Positions 1 through 10,721 of a DNA stretch of 64,000 bases are shown one piece after another (positions within the stretch are counted from its first letter, which is position 1; every line of letters begins with the position of its first letter). The stretch lies in assembly GCA_000165345.1 (NCBI GenBank), contig CM000436.1:448001-512000 (forward strand), written 5' to 3'. The position numbers were made by a program, and so were the translations under genes. The notes under the pieces were generated by a model, which was given only the letters and a program-made list of their open reading frames with translations, was not told the origin of the DNA and ran no database searches.

Positions 1-1026
1 CACTATAAGGTATTTAGAAGAAATTAAACTCTCTCTTAATAGTTTTCCTTTATTCAAATCTAAATCGTCATCATCAAATTGGGCTATCTCAATTTTTGTA
101 AATCTGAAACTTTTTATTGAAGAAAGACTATCATCTTTGAATTCATCTAGGTTGAAAGTTTCACCTAGACTTTGAGAAATATCAGGAACTGAAATCAAGT
201 CATTTAAAGTTAATCTCCTTCTTAAAAGTGGATAAATTGTATTCTTTTCAAAGGAACAAAAATCCGAGTCTTTTCTGGGCTCAACATCTACCACTATTGA
301 TTTAATATTTCTCAAAAAGAGAAGAATATCATGTACGAAAGTGTTACGAATTGCAGATAAAATTGATGAGAATTTCTGTTTCATGTTCTTCTCAAATGGA
401 AGATAGTGCAATGTTCCTAAGTTGCTTGAACTTTGGACAAATTTAGGCCCAAATTCAGATCTTATATTATCAAACCTCCAAGGAGTCCCATATAAACTAA
501 TATTTGAATGAATTGTTTTTACTACTTCTGGGAAATCTGACTCTTCTATCCATTTTGGTACAATATAACTCAATTCAATTTCTTCATCAGGTTTACTTGA
601 AAACTTTATAGAGTATCCACCACTAAATATACAAGGATTATCAGTTATTTTAAATATTGACCTATATCCAATACCTTTTTCTCCTGTAAAATATCTTGAT
701 TCTGAATTCTTTTTAGACGAATTTCCAATATCGCATACAGACTCGATATTTTCACGTGTCATCCCTTTTTCATTTATATGGAATACCAAACAATCCCATC
801 TTAACAATATGTAAACTTGAGGGATACCCTCACCTATTTCATTAAAATTAAAGTTAGAGTCATCTGCATTCTGAAGAAGCTCCAATAATACACGTCCAAA
901 AGATGAATAAAGTTCATTTGATAATATTCCTATTGACCTGTCTTGCCTGTCTCTTTGAGATTTATTTGAAACGAATAAGCTCTCTCTTATCTCTTGAATG
1001 TGCTTCTTTGTTTGTTCATTTTGCAT
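1..1026 (-). CDS. Sacsin-like GHKL/HATPase_c ATPase-domain protein; partial, with only the N-terminal ~342 codons inside the window and the C-terminus beyond position 1
   Basis: The reverse strand reads continuously from an ATG at 1026..1024 (MQNEQTKKHIQEIRE...) to the window edge. It contains the motif ...LELLQNADDS..., typical of the sacsin/Hsp90-like GHKL ATP-binding Bergerat fold. It is missing from the ORF track because no stop codon lies inside the window. Confidence 0.45.
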   Translation of the reverse strand, partial: MQNEQTKKHIQEIRESLFVSNKSQRDRQDRSIGILSNELYSSFGRVLLELLQNADDSNFNFNEIGEGIPQVYILLRWDCLVFHINEKGMTRENIESVCDIGNSSKKNSESRYFTGEKGIGYRSIFKITDNPCIFSGGYSIKFSSKPDEEIELSYIVPKWIEESDFPEVVKTIHSNISLYGTPWRFDNIRSEFGPKFVQSSSNLGTLHYLPFEKNMKQKFSSILSAIRNTFVHDILLFLRNIKSIVVDVEPRKDSDFCSFEKNTIYPLLRRRLTLNDLISVPDISQSLGETFNLDEFKDDSLSSIKSFRFTKIEIAQFDDDDLDLNKGKLLRESLISSKYLIV

Positions 1027-1663
1027 CTTATTTGGCTCCCATTATATTTTAGTAATTTCCCTATTATATTTAAGACCTATTTCAAAACTTCCAATTTTAC
1101 AGCTTATTATTTTATTTTTTTAATTAACTAATTTATAGCTAAAATATTACTACTTTATCTGATTTACTTTCCTGACAAAATTTATCTAATTATAAGAAAA
1201 TTAGTAGTTTCCACATAAAATAATATAATGCCAAATTTAAAGAAAATTTATTAAATTAAATATACAAATATATTTCCCTCCAAAATCAAGTTCAACAAAT
1301 TATTAAATTTCTCCATATTTTTTTTTCATAAACTTAATTGACTAAATACTGTACAAATCCTATTCCTTTCTTTCATAATAGCTTTATTTTTCATTCAATG
1401 TCGTCTTTCAGACTTTTATTACTATTCATGCTTTAAACCAGAAATATTCAATTAATAACAATTTACATGCAAACATTAACGTTAGAGGTTCTATTCCCAA
1501 AGGGGCAGCTTTTTTTTTAATTTAACAATAAACCTTTTAAGAAAAATCAAGGAGAATTTTGCATGCATGCAAAATTTCAATATAAATGAGAAATAATGAA
1601 ATAAAGAAATAAAGCATTAAAGAAAAGTAGAAATTATATATGAATTAGAAAAATTGACTTGAA

Positions 1664-3091
1664 TTATATTGAAAGACTTGTTTTAAAAGATATTGTTTTG
1701 AGTTCATATGAATTTATATCTAAAAGCACCAAAGTAGGGTTATTAGAGAACTCAGGAATGGTGAAGCATAATGGTCCATTATTAGGGAATCTATATGACC
1801 CAAATTCTGATTGATTTCCTGCAAAAATGACTTGTGGAAAAGATTCATCGGTATAATCCAAAGCAAAAGGATCACGATCGAAGAATGGGTAAGTAGGTAT
1901 TACATCAGGGCATGTAGGAGCAATATTTCTTGATTCAACACAAAATTTGAGAGCATCAATAGGCTTCGAATATGAAGAAAATAGAGAAATCTTTGAAATA
2001 CATTGGCCAGAAACACCAGTTACTCTTACATTGTTAATAGAAAACAAGCAAGGATTTGTGAAAGAATTAAACGACTGATAGTTTCTTGAATTTTTGAATA
2101 TATAAGGCTGGAAAGGAGGTTGAGGAAGAGAAATTGGAACAGGATCATCCTCTCCAGGCATGATCGCAAGAGATATAGTGGAAGCCAGCTGAGAAATAAA
2201 GGAATCAACCACACCAAGCCTGCTTGAAAGCAACTCATTATTTACAACTAACTTGGTTCCAGTACCAGTAACAGTCTCTTTTGCAGTATCTAAAAGTCTA
2301 ATAATGTTTCCTGCTATAATTAAGTAAGCAATTTGTGATGATAAAAGTTTGTGTTCGCTACTATATGAAGAAACTCCCATAATGAAATCACGAAATAATT
2401 GTAAAGATAATGAATTCTCTATTTCTGATCCTATATTTAAACCGGAAACAAAAGCCAAATATACTGGCTGAGAAGACTTCCCTAATGTATATTCTTTTCC
2501 AATAATCTCTTCAGGAGGAGAGGCAAAAGTCAAATCCGAGACTAGAAAGTTGCCCCCTGAATTTTGTACTCCCCTTACTGCTAGTATGGTACCAGAAATC
2601 AAATTATTCATTGAAAATACATCTTCTTTTAGAGTCAATGGAATTCTTGATGAACTATCCTCTATATAAACCTTGTCATCATTACTAGTATAATTGCTTA
2701 ATTGACTGTTCTTTGTAGCCTCTTCGATATCTTGAAGATACTCATCCAAAATTGTTGGTCTATTTTTCATTTCCTTTGTCACAAACCCCATGATAATGCA
2801 TTCAGACTCAATTTTCATATCTTTAAGCTCATTCAAAATAGGTATCGATCTATCCTCAGGGTTACCCTGACTTGCAATCTTCTCAACTTTTTCCTGTTCT
2901 ACTGAAAGATGGCACTTCCACTTTCTCTGTACTGCTTTCAATAAAAATGGACGCAAACTCATGAACCTTGAAAAACATAAGTGGCAGTACTGGTGTGGAA
3001 AGCTGTAATCTTTTACTCTAAATCGTTCACATTCATTCTTAATATCTACTTCCGGCCGTTTCAGGCTCTTAACATCTTTTTCTAATTTCAT
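1664..3091 (-). CDS. POLD2: DNA polymerase delta subunit 2 (Pol31/POLD2 family, B-subunit phosphoesterase domain)
   Basis: The 475-aa ORF starts with ATG at 3091. Its C-terminal half is collinear with POLD2: MPGEDDPVPISLPQPPF, TGVSGQCISKISLFSS, PTCPDVIPTYPFFDRDPFALDY and VIFAGNQSEFGSYRF match the human MPGEFDP...FxCGNxxSFG motifs. Confidence 0.85.
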   Translation of the reverse strand: MKLEKDVKSLKRPEVDIKNECERFRVKDYSFPHQYCHLCFSRFMSLRPFLLKAVQRKWKCHLSVEQEKVEKIASQGNPEDRSIPILNELKDMKIESECIIMGFVTKEMKNRPTILDEYLQDIEEATKNSQLSNYTSNDDKVYIEDSSSRIPLTLKEDVFSMNNLISGTILAVRGVQNSGGNFLVSDLTFASPPEEIIGKEYTLGKSSQPVYLAFVSGLNIGSEIENSLSLQLFRDFIMGVSSYSSEHKLLSSQIAYLIIAGNIIRLLDTAKETVTGTGTKLVVNNELLSSRLGVVDSFISQLASTISLAIMPGEDDPVPISLPQPPFQPYIFKNSRNYQSFNSFTNPCLFSINNVRVTGVSGQCISKISLFSSYSKPIDALKFCVESRNIAPTCPDVIPTYPFFDRDPFALDYTDESFPQVIFAGNQSEFGSYRFPNNGPLCFTIPEFSNNPTLVLLDINSYELKTISFKTSLSI

Positions 3092-3234
3092 TGGGAAATA
3101 CCTTGATCCTCTCTAATGCTTATAAATGAAACACACAACACCTAAGTTCTTTGCTTAATCTATTTTCCTTCTTATTTTATCGATCCCCCTTTCCCACTTT
3201 TAAAATATTCTCGACTCCCTATTAAAAAACAATG

Positions 3235-3291
3235 GGCGGGAGCTCACTCACATTCATTACTATTACTAGTCTAAGCATGTTGGCGCCAAAA
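3235..3291. promoter_or_regulatory. E2F/DP-like G/C boxes in the POLD2-Sld5 divergent promoter: GGCGGG at 3235-3240 and TTGGCGCCAAAA at 3280-3291
   Basis: Palindromic TTGGCGCCAAAA and GGGCGGGAG lie 145-200 nt upstream of the POLD2 ATG on the minus strand. The same motif class recurs upstream of most genes in this window, and E2F-type boxes are classic for replication genes. Confidence 0.45.
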
Positions 3292-3576
3292 CATGTATTT
3301 CATAAACTAATAATAAATTCTTTTTGGCAACAAAAAGAATTTGTTAAGATGACATACAGATAGTTTATAAGAATTTTAACTAACTTTTATTTCTTTTCTT
3401 TCAAAATCTAATTATTTCTTTCACTATTTAACATTTAATTATTCATCTCTTGAAGTCAGAGACAAAATAACCCAATTTTTCCTCTTTTTAACAACATTCC
3501 ATTTGTCACCCTTAATTAGCACCATTTCTTTTTCTTGTTTTGTTCTAATACTCACTTTTCTTCTTTTGTGGGAAAC

Positions 3577-3588
3577 TTCCCGCCAAAA
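3577..3588. promoter_or_regulatory. E2F-like box TTCCCGCCAAAA, about 125 nt upstream of the Sld5 ATG
   Basis: The motif matches the GGCGGGAA class found genome-wide in this window. Confidence 0.4.
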
Positions 3589-3712
3589 CTATTTTTATTG
3601 AAATTAATCATTACTATTAAGAGTTTGATTCAAGTAGTAAAAGTAGGAAAAGTGAAAGAAAACTAAAGTAATAGGTTTGAACTTTGATAAGACTTTATAT
3701 AGACTGAAACTA

Positions 3713-4826
3713 ATGAATCATAATGAGGAGGACCGTCTTCCACTGGAAAAAGGTAGGTTAAAGGTGTAATTGACATACTAGTTTCTAAACACATGTGAGG
3801 TAACGTGTGTGTTGGCTCTAGAATTGCCAAGAGCTAATACACTTGGTACTTTAAAAAAGGCTTTGGACTGGGATATAATCTAATAATTAACTTATTTTGT
3901 TTACCTTACATTCTTTGAATCTCTAATTTAGAAAATTCGGGGATTAATTTAATTGATGGGAATGACTTGGAATATATTGATAATATATACAGCTCAAAGA
4001 ACTTTGGTTTATCAGATGACTCCCATATTAAGAATCTGAGAAATTCTCAAGAGACTTTGCTTATGGTAAGTTTTATTGTCCAATAATTATATCAACAAAA
4101 ATCCTAAACCACTCATTAACTTAACTTTAAATTAACAAGTCATGGATCAATGAGTTAGTATCTCCTGAACTATTAACATACTGTGAGTCTTCAATACAAA
4201 CTCTCTCTCACTCTATTTTCAAAGAAAAAGAAAAACAAAGAATTATGGAAGTTGATGGAGGAATTCTAGGTATCGAAGATAAAATCGAACGTGATCTAAT
4301 TAACCTCCATATTAACAGATCAACTAATATGCTCAAAATGTATCTGAAACAGAGAATAATGAAGATTTCAGAATTCCCTGATTTCTCTATTGCTAATTCA
4401 AGAACTAATAACGATCTAAACTCTGAATCAAATATCAGTCCTGAAGAAGCTATTTTCGCTTTAAAGCTTTCCAAGCTTCAATGGAAGTATTTAGATGAAA
4501 CCATCTCCAAGATGAAAAATACCCTAGCAACAGACTCCTCCGTCCCAATTCCAGCCCCATCCTTACATAGATCCGTAAGATTCAAATGCATTGACTCCAT
4601 TGGAAGAGTTCAATTACAATCTCTTGTAACCCCTGAAAATGTTTCTTTTACTCAATTTGATACTCAAAACCACTTTTCTCAAAATGATTCAGAAGGAGTC
4701 ATCAATATTGAAAAGGGAAAGATATATACATGTAAATATGAAGATGTAAGAACTCTTTTGGACCAAAATACCATCCAACTTTGGCCTTGGCCTCCCATTA
4801 CTAGCAACAAAAACTACTCTTATTAG
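3713..4826 (+). CDS. SLD5: GINS complex subunit Sld5 (GINS4), 3 exons: 3713..3752, 3932..4065, 4140..4826
   Basis: Exon 1 (MNHNEEDRLPLEK) ends with a GTAGGT donor. Exon 2 (NSGINLIDGNDLEY...SQETLLM) ends with a GTAAGT donor. Exon 3 starts after an AG at 4138-4139 and reads SWINELVSPELLTYCESSIQTL...IERDLINLHINRSTNMLKMYLKQRIMKI, which resembles human SLD5 AWMNEKFAPELLE...RYVLSSYLRCRLMKIEKF. Without splicing, in-frame stop codons interrupt the reading frame. Listed ORF 4245..4826 is the 3' part of exon 3. Confidence 0.6.
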
Positions 4827-5285
4827 CTATTTATTTAAAAAAAAAAAGAAAAGAAAAAAAAAAACCTCATTCTCTACCCTCCAAAAAAGCTCAAAAAAGA
4901 GCTCATATAGTCTCATTAACCATTAATATTTACCAATTCATGCTCTTCAAGCTTCCCGCCAATTATTCTATGTGTTATTACTACCTCTGTTTTGCATGTG
5001 TTTTGCCATGAGGGGTTTCGGCGCGGCCCCACAGCGCCAAACTTTGAGTAAATGCAATATGTGCCTAAAGTGTGTTGATAAAAGCCGAAATTTGAAATTA
5101 TATGTTAAACAAAGAGAATTCGTAAGTCCGAATTTATTTGCATACTCAATTATATACATATTATACGTTCTTATATTATATAATAAAAAATAAGCTTAGG
5201 ATCCTTGATATTATAGGAGAAAAAAATAGCTATATAAGGGTTAGTAAGGTCACGAGAGATCATTGATTTTGAATATTGGGAGAAA

Positions 5286-5966
5286 ATGTACAGAGAACAA
5301 TCATCAACAGTTTTGGATTCTCCTATGAATGGAGGTAGTGCTAAACTTGGAGCTTCTAGTTCATCATCTATGAGCTCAAATTTCACTAGAATGGACAGTT
5401 TTAATCGATCAGGAAGCAAAACAGGGTCAATTGCGCCAAAATCTTCAGAATATGGTCCAACAGTACAGCAGATTTTGGAAACTTATGAGAGTCTTAGATT
5501 GAAAGCTCAAGGACTTGCTAAGAGAAAATTGAGATCCTGGGATGGAGACTTCTTTTGCCTTTCATCTTTCCAAAAAGTATCACAACCAAAAGAAATTACA
5601 GATCGACTTGAAAGGAATCTTCGATACTTCTTACTAAATTATATTGTAATTATACTGGGTATGACTATGCTCTCTCTAATTTTGAATCCTATTTCTTTAA
5701 TCATTATTTTAATATCAACCTTTTCTTCAGCTTTTGTAGCATCTAGACCAACAGATATGGTAGTATTGCCAGGAGATAATGTAATTAGCAAGAAAGTGGC
5801 TTTATATGTGATAGCAGGAACATCAACTGTGATCATTCTTGTATTTTCAGGAGCTCTATTATTCACATCCTTGGCAGTATCGCTCATTCTTGTATGTATC
5901 CATGCAGTCATACACATTGGAAAGTCTAATTACGACCAGGTTGCAAACTTAGAGAGCGAAGTATAA
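5286..5966 (+). CDS. PRA1 (prenylated Rab acceptor / Yip3) family membrane protein
   Basis: ATG at 5286. The sequence LRSWDGDFF...RLERNLRYFLLNY is followed by hydrophobic hairpin segments, matching the PRA1 signature (RPWxxFF ... NLxYYxxNY). Confidence 0.8.
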   Translation: MYREQSSTVLDSPMNGGSAKLGASSSSSMSSNFTRMDSFNRSGSKTGSIAPKSSEYGPTVQQILETYESLRLKAQGLAKRKLRSWDGDFFCLSSFQKVSQPKEITDRLERNLRYFLLNYIVIILGMTMLSLILNPISLIIILISTFSSAFVASRPTDMVVLPGDNVISKKVALYVIAGTSTVIILVFSGALLFTSLAVSLILVCIHAVIHIGKSNYDQVANLESEV

Positions 5967-6109
5967 TACCTAGAAGTTAATTACAATGAAAATAGATCCA
6001 GCTATAAAGATTAGAAACTAAAAAGATTCACAAAGTTTTAGTACTTAATAGATTAAATTATATATATCATCTAAATATAGTCTTTACACTTATCAGTACC
6101 TGCTTATAA

Positions 6110-6751
6110 TTAGAGCTTCTCCTGAACTCTTTTAGAGACTATTCTAAGGTGGTTGTAGACTTTTCCAGGAGGAGTTCCCAAAATTAAACTACATAGAGCA
6201 TCTCTTGCTAATTTAATATTATGAAAGGCTCCCATTAAATGGAGTTTCTGACCAGCTAAGACAATCCTAGTTCTGGTTGAATTTTCTATAGCATACTTTG
6301 TTTTACCATCCCTACCAGAAATACGACCAATACAACGTGACAAATGTGCTCCATTCAATCTTTTTACGTCTTTAATTTCAAAGCTTTCTATATAAAGATC
6401 ATCCAATCTCAAAAGAGCAATGGCATCTTGAAGCTCAAATCCAAGTAGAAAAGCCTTAATAAAGTCAACTCCTTTTTGAAGAGATCCAATATCAGTGCAA
6501 TCTGGCCCATATTTAAGCTCTACACATCTTCTCTTTGTATTCATTCTTACATGTAATCCCATATGTTCTACCAAAGGAGTAACAATATTAATCCATTGGT
6601 TCTTTAAAGGAGTCATTCTATTTTCAGGAACCATCACTCTTCTTATTTCATTACTTCTGTTAACTTCTGTTCCAGTTAAAGGCTTAAAAGGTCCTTCAGT
6701 CCGTCTCTCCTCCTCAACCATATCCATATCCATACTCTTTGTTTCTCCCAT
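6110..6751 (-). CDS. PNO1: PNO1/Dim2 KH-domain pre-40S ribosome biogenesis factor
   Basis: The 213-aa ORF starts with ATG at 6751. RRVMVPENRMTPLKNQWINIV...CVELKYGPDCTDIGSLQKGVDFIKAFLLGF...IGRISGRDGKTKYAIENSTRTRIVLAGQKLHLMG is a KH-domain protein of the PNO1 family. Confidence 0.8.
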   Translation of the reverse strand: MGETKSMDMDMVEEERRTEGPFKPLTGTEVNRSNEIRRVMVPENRMTPLKNQWINIVTPLVEHMGLHVRMNTKRRCVELKYGPDCTDIGSLQKGVDFIKAFLLGFELQDAIALLRLDDLYIESFEIKDVKRLNGAHLSRCIGRISGRDGKTKYAIENSTRTRIVLAGQKLHLMGAFHNIKLARDALCSLILGTPPGKVYNHLRIVSKRVQEKL

Positions 6752-6905
6752 ATGTAATAAACCTAAAGAAATATACTTCTAAGATATCCAATTCTTCTTT
6801 TCCCTACAAAAATCTACTCTGGAAAAATCTTAATAATCTCCTCCTTAATTATTCTTCTTCGCTGCTTAACTCTATTTTATACCGTCAAAATTAACCATTG
6901 GGTGT

Positions 6906-6929
6906 GCCCGCCTAAAAGTTGGCGCCGAA
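6906..6929. promoter_or_regulatory. E2F-like boxes GCCCGCC and TTGGCGCCGAA in the PNO1/kinase divergent promoter
   Basis: The sequence GTGCCCGCCTAAAAGTTGGCGCCGAAGG lies between two divergently oriented start codons. Confidence 0.4.
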
Positions 6930-7308
6930 GGCTTAAAAATGGGTTTTTGGAGGGGAAAGTCATCTTAAGAATAAAAGAAAGAGGAAGATGTGGAATATAT
7001 TTTATTAGAAGAAAAAGTGTTGAAATGTAATGAGAGTGCTTTAAAAGATATAGGTGTGAAAATCGGACTACATTCATGTGAGGTTAAATCTGTTACTTGG
7101 AATGTAATGTTATTTAGTGTTAATAATAGAGGTAATTTATATGAATTACTATTATAACATAAAATTTATATGGATTAAAATAAGATTAAAAGGAGAAGAA
7201 TTAGTAAGAAACAATATTCTTAGAAATAAATAAGAACTTTAGAAGCTTAAAAAAGCAAAATAACAAAATCTGTGCAACAGTAATAGCTTTAACTAAGGTT
7301 TTTAATCA

Positions 7309-8523
7309 ATGATGATTACAAAAGGAGGAGATTACTCAGAATATTCAGAAATACATACACAGGATATTGAGAAATCTAAAGATTATGACCAAGAATGTGT
7401 AGAATTAAGGAAAAGTGTGAGAGAATATCTCGAAAAAGAAAGCAAAATAAACTTATACTTTTCAGAAAAGAAGAGTTATTTGATAAACAAAGAATTTGTA
7501 GATATTCAGGTCCAATTAAACTCACAACTTTGCCCAAAAGTTAAACTTTGGAAACGAATTGAAGAACCAAACTCAAAAGAATTCTCCAAATTAAAAAATA
7601 ACCCAACTCAACATCTTTTTGCAATTAAAATCTATTCAAAACCCCAACTCATTCGGAGAAACATTGTCTATTCTTCAGACAGGAAAATCAGGACCCAAAT
7701 GCATCGTGTAATTAACGAAATCAAGATTCTACAATTCCTTGCAAAAACCGATCCCACATACTACTATATTGCTAAATTACACAAAGTTCTTGAATCTTTT
7801 CCTTCTACCTTATCTTCCGGAAAATTGTATCTCATCTTTGACTTTTTTCCGATTGGACCCACAATGGCGCCCGACACAGGGGCAAGGCGCGCGCGCGCGT
7901 GCCCGGGGTTTGAAAAGAATCTTTTAGTGTATACTCCAAGTCCTGCATTAGAGAGGACAGAGGTAAGTATAAGGAGAATGGCTTACTGTATTGGAGTAGC
8001 TCTATCTAGACTTCATGAGTTAGGGATTGTTCATAGAGATGTAAAACCTGATAATATTATGCTTACACATACTGGAGATGCATTTTTGAATGACTTTAAT
8101 TCTGCAGAATTTTTAATTCAAGGTAAATATGTTCAGGGCACTGAAGGAACATATGCATTTTTTCCTCCTGAGCATTGTAATATAAACAACAATAGCAATA
8201 AAATTGTTACTGAAAGGAACGAATCATCCGAAATCAATGAACAAGAAGAATGTTCCCAATCTACGCTCCAATTGGGATGTCCAGCAGATATGTGGGCTCT
8301 TGGAGTCACAATTTGGTGTTGGTTTTATGGTACACTACCTTTTCAAGGAAATAGTATTTTAGAGCTTTTTGACAATATTACAAAATGTAAGATTGAGTTC
8401 CCTAGACAGCCTACTTTATCAAATGAGTGTATTAATGCCATTTTGCATCTTTTAGACCCAGAACCGAATTCCCGTTGGACTGCTCGTCAGTTTCTTGAGT
8501 CCGACTGGTTTTCTAAAAACTAA
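7309..8523 (+). CDS. Serine/threonine protein kinase with a divergent N-lobe and a GC-rich in-frame insert
   Basis: ATG at 7309. Kinase motifs are present: LFAIKIYSK (VAIK-like), HRDVKPDNIML (catalytic loop) and DMWALGVTIWCWFYGTLPF (subdomain IX). No clear glycine loop is visible. Confidence 0.75.
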   Translation: MMITKGGDYSEYSEIHTQDIEKSKDYDQECVELRKSVREYLEKESKINLYFSEKKSYLINKEFVDIQVQLNSQLCPKVKLWKRIEEPNSKEFSKLKNNPTQHLFAIKIYSKPQLIRRNIVYSSDRKIRTQMHRVINEIKILQFLAKTDPTYYYIAKLHKVLESFPSTLSSGKLYLIFDFFPIGPTMAPDTGARRARACPGFEKNLLVYTPSPALERTEVSIRRMAYCIGVALSRLHELGIVHRDVKPDNIMLTHTGDAFLNDFNSAEFLIQGKYVQGTEGTYAFFPPEHCNINNNSNKIVTERNESSEINEQEECSQSTLQLGCPADMWALGVTIWCWFYGTLPFQGNSILELFDNITKCKIEFPRQPTLSNECINAILHLLDPEPNSRWTARQFLESDWFSKN

Positions 8524-8966
8524 TTAAATTAACCTAAATTTGCTACCTTTAATTATTATTACTGACATTTTTTTCCGATACCCTTATTTTCTCTTTGCAT
8601 GCATGCATGTAGTTCATTCCTAGAACTCGAACATTTGGGTTTCACTGCCATAATTTAGAAAATAAAACTTAAATAAAATACTTAAAATACTTATTACTAA
8701 TAATAATGATAATAATAATCGAGGTCACATATCTTTTTCTACTTTTATTTAAAAAAAAATACATAGAAATATCATTACGATGTTTTTTTTTATCTGTAAA
8801 ATGTTTTTTAAAAAAAGAAAATATATCAATTCCCGATTCTATTATTGGCCCATATAATGCTTCATAGTGTATTATCATCCTCCGATTTACTCCACTTTCG
8901 ATTCTTTTATTCCCATCTAATGAGGAATTTTTCTTTTGTCCTTTCCTATTTTATTATCATCTTTTA

Positions 8967-10448
8967 TTACTTAGAATGTTGAATATAATTGTCTCTTGGA
9001 TAATACTTTTGTAATAAATCATGCTTAATCTTCTTAAGCATATCTTCAGGGAATGTTCTAAGAAGTTCCCAAGCAAGATCCAAACTCTCAAAAATATCTC
9101 TCTTCTCATATGGACCTTGAGAAAGGAACTTGGACTCGAATTTACTAGTGAACTCAAGATATAATAAATCATCAGCTGAAAGAGCTTCCTCTCCTACAAC
9201 TGCTACCATAGCTCTAGTATCCTGGCCAATAGCATAATTAGCATAAAGTTGATCAGAAACTGATGGATGATCTTCTCTAGTTAAACCAGTACCAATACCA
9301 GACTTCATAAGACGAGACAATGATGGTAAAACATTAATTGGTGGATAAATCTGTCTGTTATAGAGAGCTCTATCAACAAAGATCTGTCCTTCTGTAATGT
9401 AACCAGTAAGATCTGGAATTGGATGGGTAATATCATCATTTGGCATTGTTAAAATTGGGAATTGAGTAATTGAACCATTTCTACCCTCAATTCTTCCAGC
9501 TCTTTCATAAATAGTTGAAAGATCTGTATACATATAACCAGGATAACCTCTTCTACCAGGAACTTCCTCTCTCGCAGCAGAAACCTCTCTAAGAGCATCT
9601 GCATAAGAACTCATATCAGTCATAACAACAAATACATGTAAATCCTTCTCATAAGCCAAGTACTCTGCTGTTGTTAATGCCAATTTTGGAGTTAAAATTC
9701 TTTCAATAGTTGGATCATTAGCTAAATTCAAAAAGAGGCATACTCTTTCCATAGAACCATTTTCCTCAAAATCACGTCTAAAGAATCTTGCAGTCTCCAT
9801 ATTAACTCCCATAGCAGCAAATACTACAGCAAAATTATCATCAGAATGATCCATAACATCTTTTCCGGATACTAGAGAAGCTTGACGGCAAATTTGTGCA
9901 CCAATATCATTATGTGGAAGTCCTGCAGCAGAAAATAATGGAATCTTCTGACCTCTAACAACTGAGTTCATAACATCAATTGCAGAAATTCCTGTCTGAA
10001 TCATTTCTCTTGGATGAACTCTACAGTATGGATTAATTGGACTACCATTAATATCAATATAATCTTCAGCAAAAATTGGAGGGCCATTATCAATTGGTTT
10101 TCCGCTTCCATTAAATGTTCTACCCAACATATCTTCTGTTATTGGCATACACAATACATCCCCAGTAAATTCAACTCTACATGATTGATTGTCAATGCCT
10201 GTAGTACCCTCAAATACTTGCACAACAGCTCTACTTCCTTTGACCTCCAAAACTTGTCCTTCTCTAATAGAACCATCTCCCAAAGTAATTCTTACAATTT
10301 CATTGTATTTTGGGAACTTTACATTATCTAAAATTACTAATGGACCTTGAACTCCTGAAACTGTTCTATACTCCATTCTAGGAGCGATATTATAGTTTCG
10401 TGTAACTGCTGCTACATTTGCCTCATAAGCCTGGCCTGAAGTTACCAT
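8967..10448 (-). CDS. VMA2: V-type H+-ATPase subunit B
   Basis: The 493-aa ORF starts with ATG at 10448 and shows near-complete collinearity with V-ATPase B subunits (GQVLEV...[28 protein letters not shown]...[23 protein letters not shown]...). Confidence 0.95.
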   Translation of the reverse strand: MVTSGQAYEANVAAVTRNYNIAPRMEYRTVSGVQGPLVILDNVKFPKYNEIVRITLGDGSIREGQVLEVKGSRAVVQVFEGTTGIDNQSCRVEFTGDVLCMPITEDMLGRTFNGSGKPIDNGPPIFAEDYIDINGSPINPYCRVHPREMIQTGISAIDVMNSVVRGQKIPLFSAAGLPHNDIGAQICRQASLVSGKDVMDHSDDNFAVVFAAMGVNMETARFFRRDFEENGSMERVCLFLNLANDPTIERILTPKLALTTAEYLAYEKDLHVFVVMTDMSSYADALREVSAAREEVPGRRGYPGYMYTDLSTIYERAGRIEGRNGSITQFPILTMPNDDITHPIPDLTGYITEGQIFVDRALYNRQIYPPINVLPSLSRLMKSGIGTGLTREDHPSVSDQLYANYAIGQDTRAMVAVVGEEALSADDLLYLEFTSKFESKFLSQGPYEKRDIFESLDLAWELLRTFPEDMLKKIKHDLLQKYYPRDNYIQHSK

Positions 10449-10696
10449 CTTTCTGTAATTACTATCACTCTGAAAAAGACTATTATAACTTCTTCAAATT
10501 TTTTATTTATTATCCTAAATTTATAATATTTATATTTTTTTAGGACTCCAAATTTTCAGTGATATTTCCTTTTTTTTTCCTTATTCAATACAAAAAAAAA
10601 TTCTTAAATTTCTTCAATTCAAATTATATTCCCACCAATATTAATATTCCCTCTCGCCTTTTCTTTATTATTAATCAATAGCTTTGAATTTAGTAA

Positions 10697-10721
10697 ATAT
10701 ATATATATATATATATATATA
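10697..10721. repeat. (AT)12 dinucleotide microsatellite
   Basis: A perfect atatat... run lies in the intergenic region between the V-ATPase B and W2-protein genes. Confidence 0.9.

Noticed and set aside
1470-1510. Possible tRNA-like T-arm GGTTCTATTCC
   Set aside because: The T-loop would have a pyrimidine at position 57 (TTCTATT). No acceptor stem or anticodon arm could be folded, so it is not a tRNA.
4972-5193. 73-aa plus-strand ORF spanning the GC-rich promoter boxes upstream of PRA1
   Set aside because: It overlaps the E2F-like boxes (5017-5042) and an AT-rich spacer. No coding periodicity or homology is visible, so it is probably promoter sequence read as ORF.
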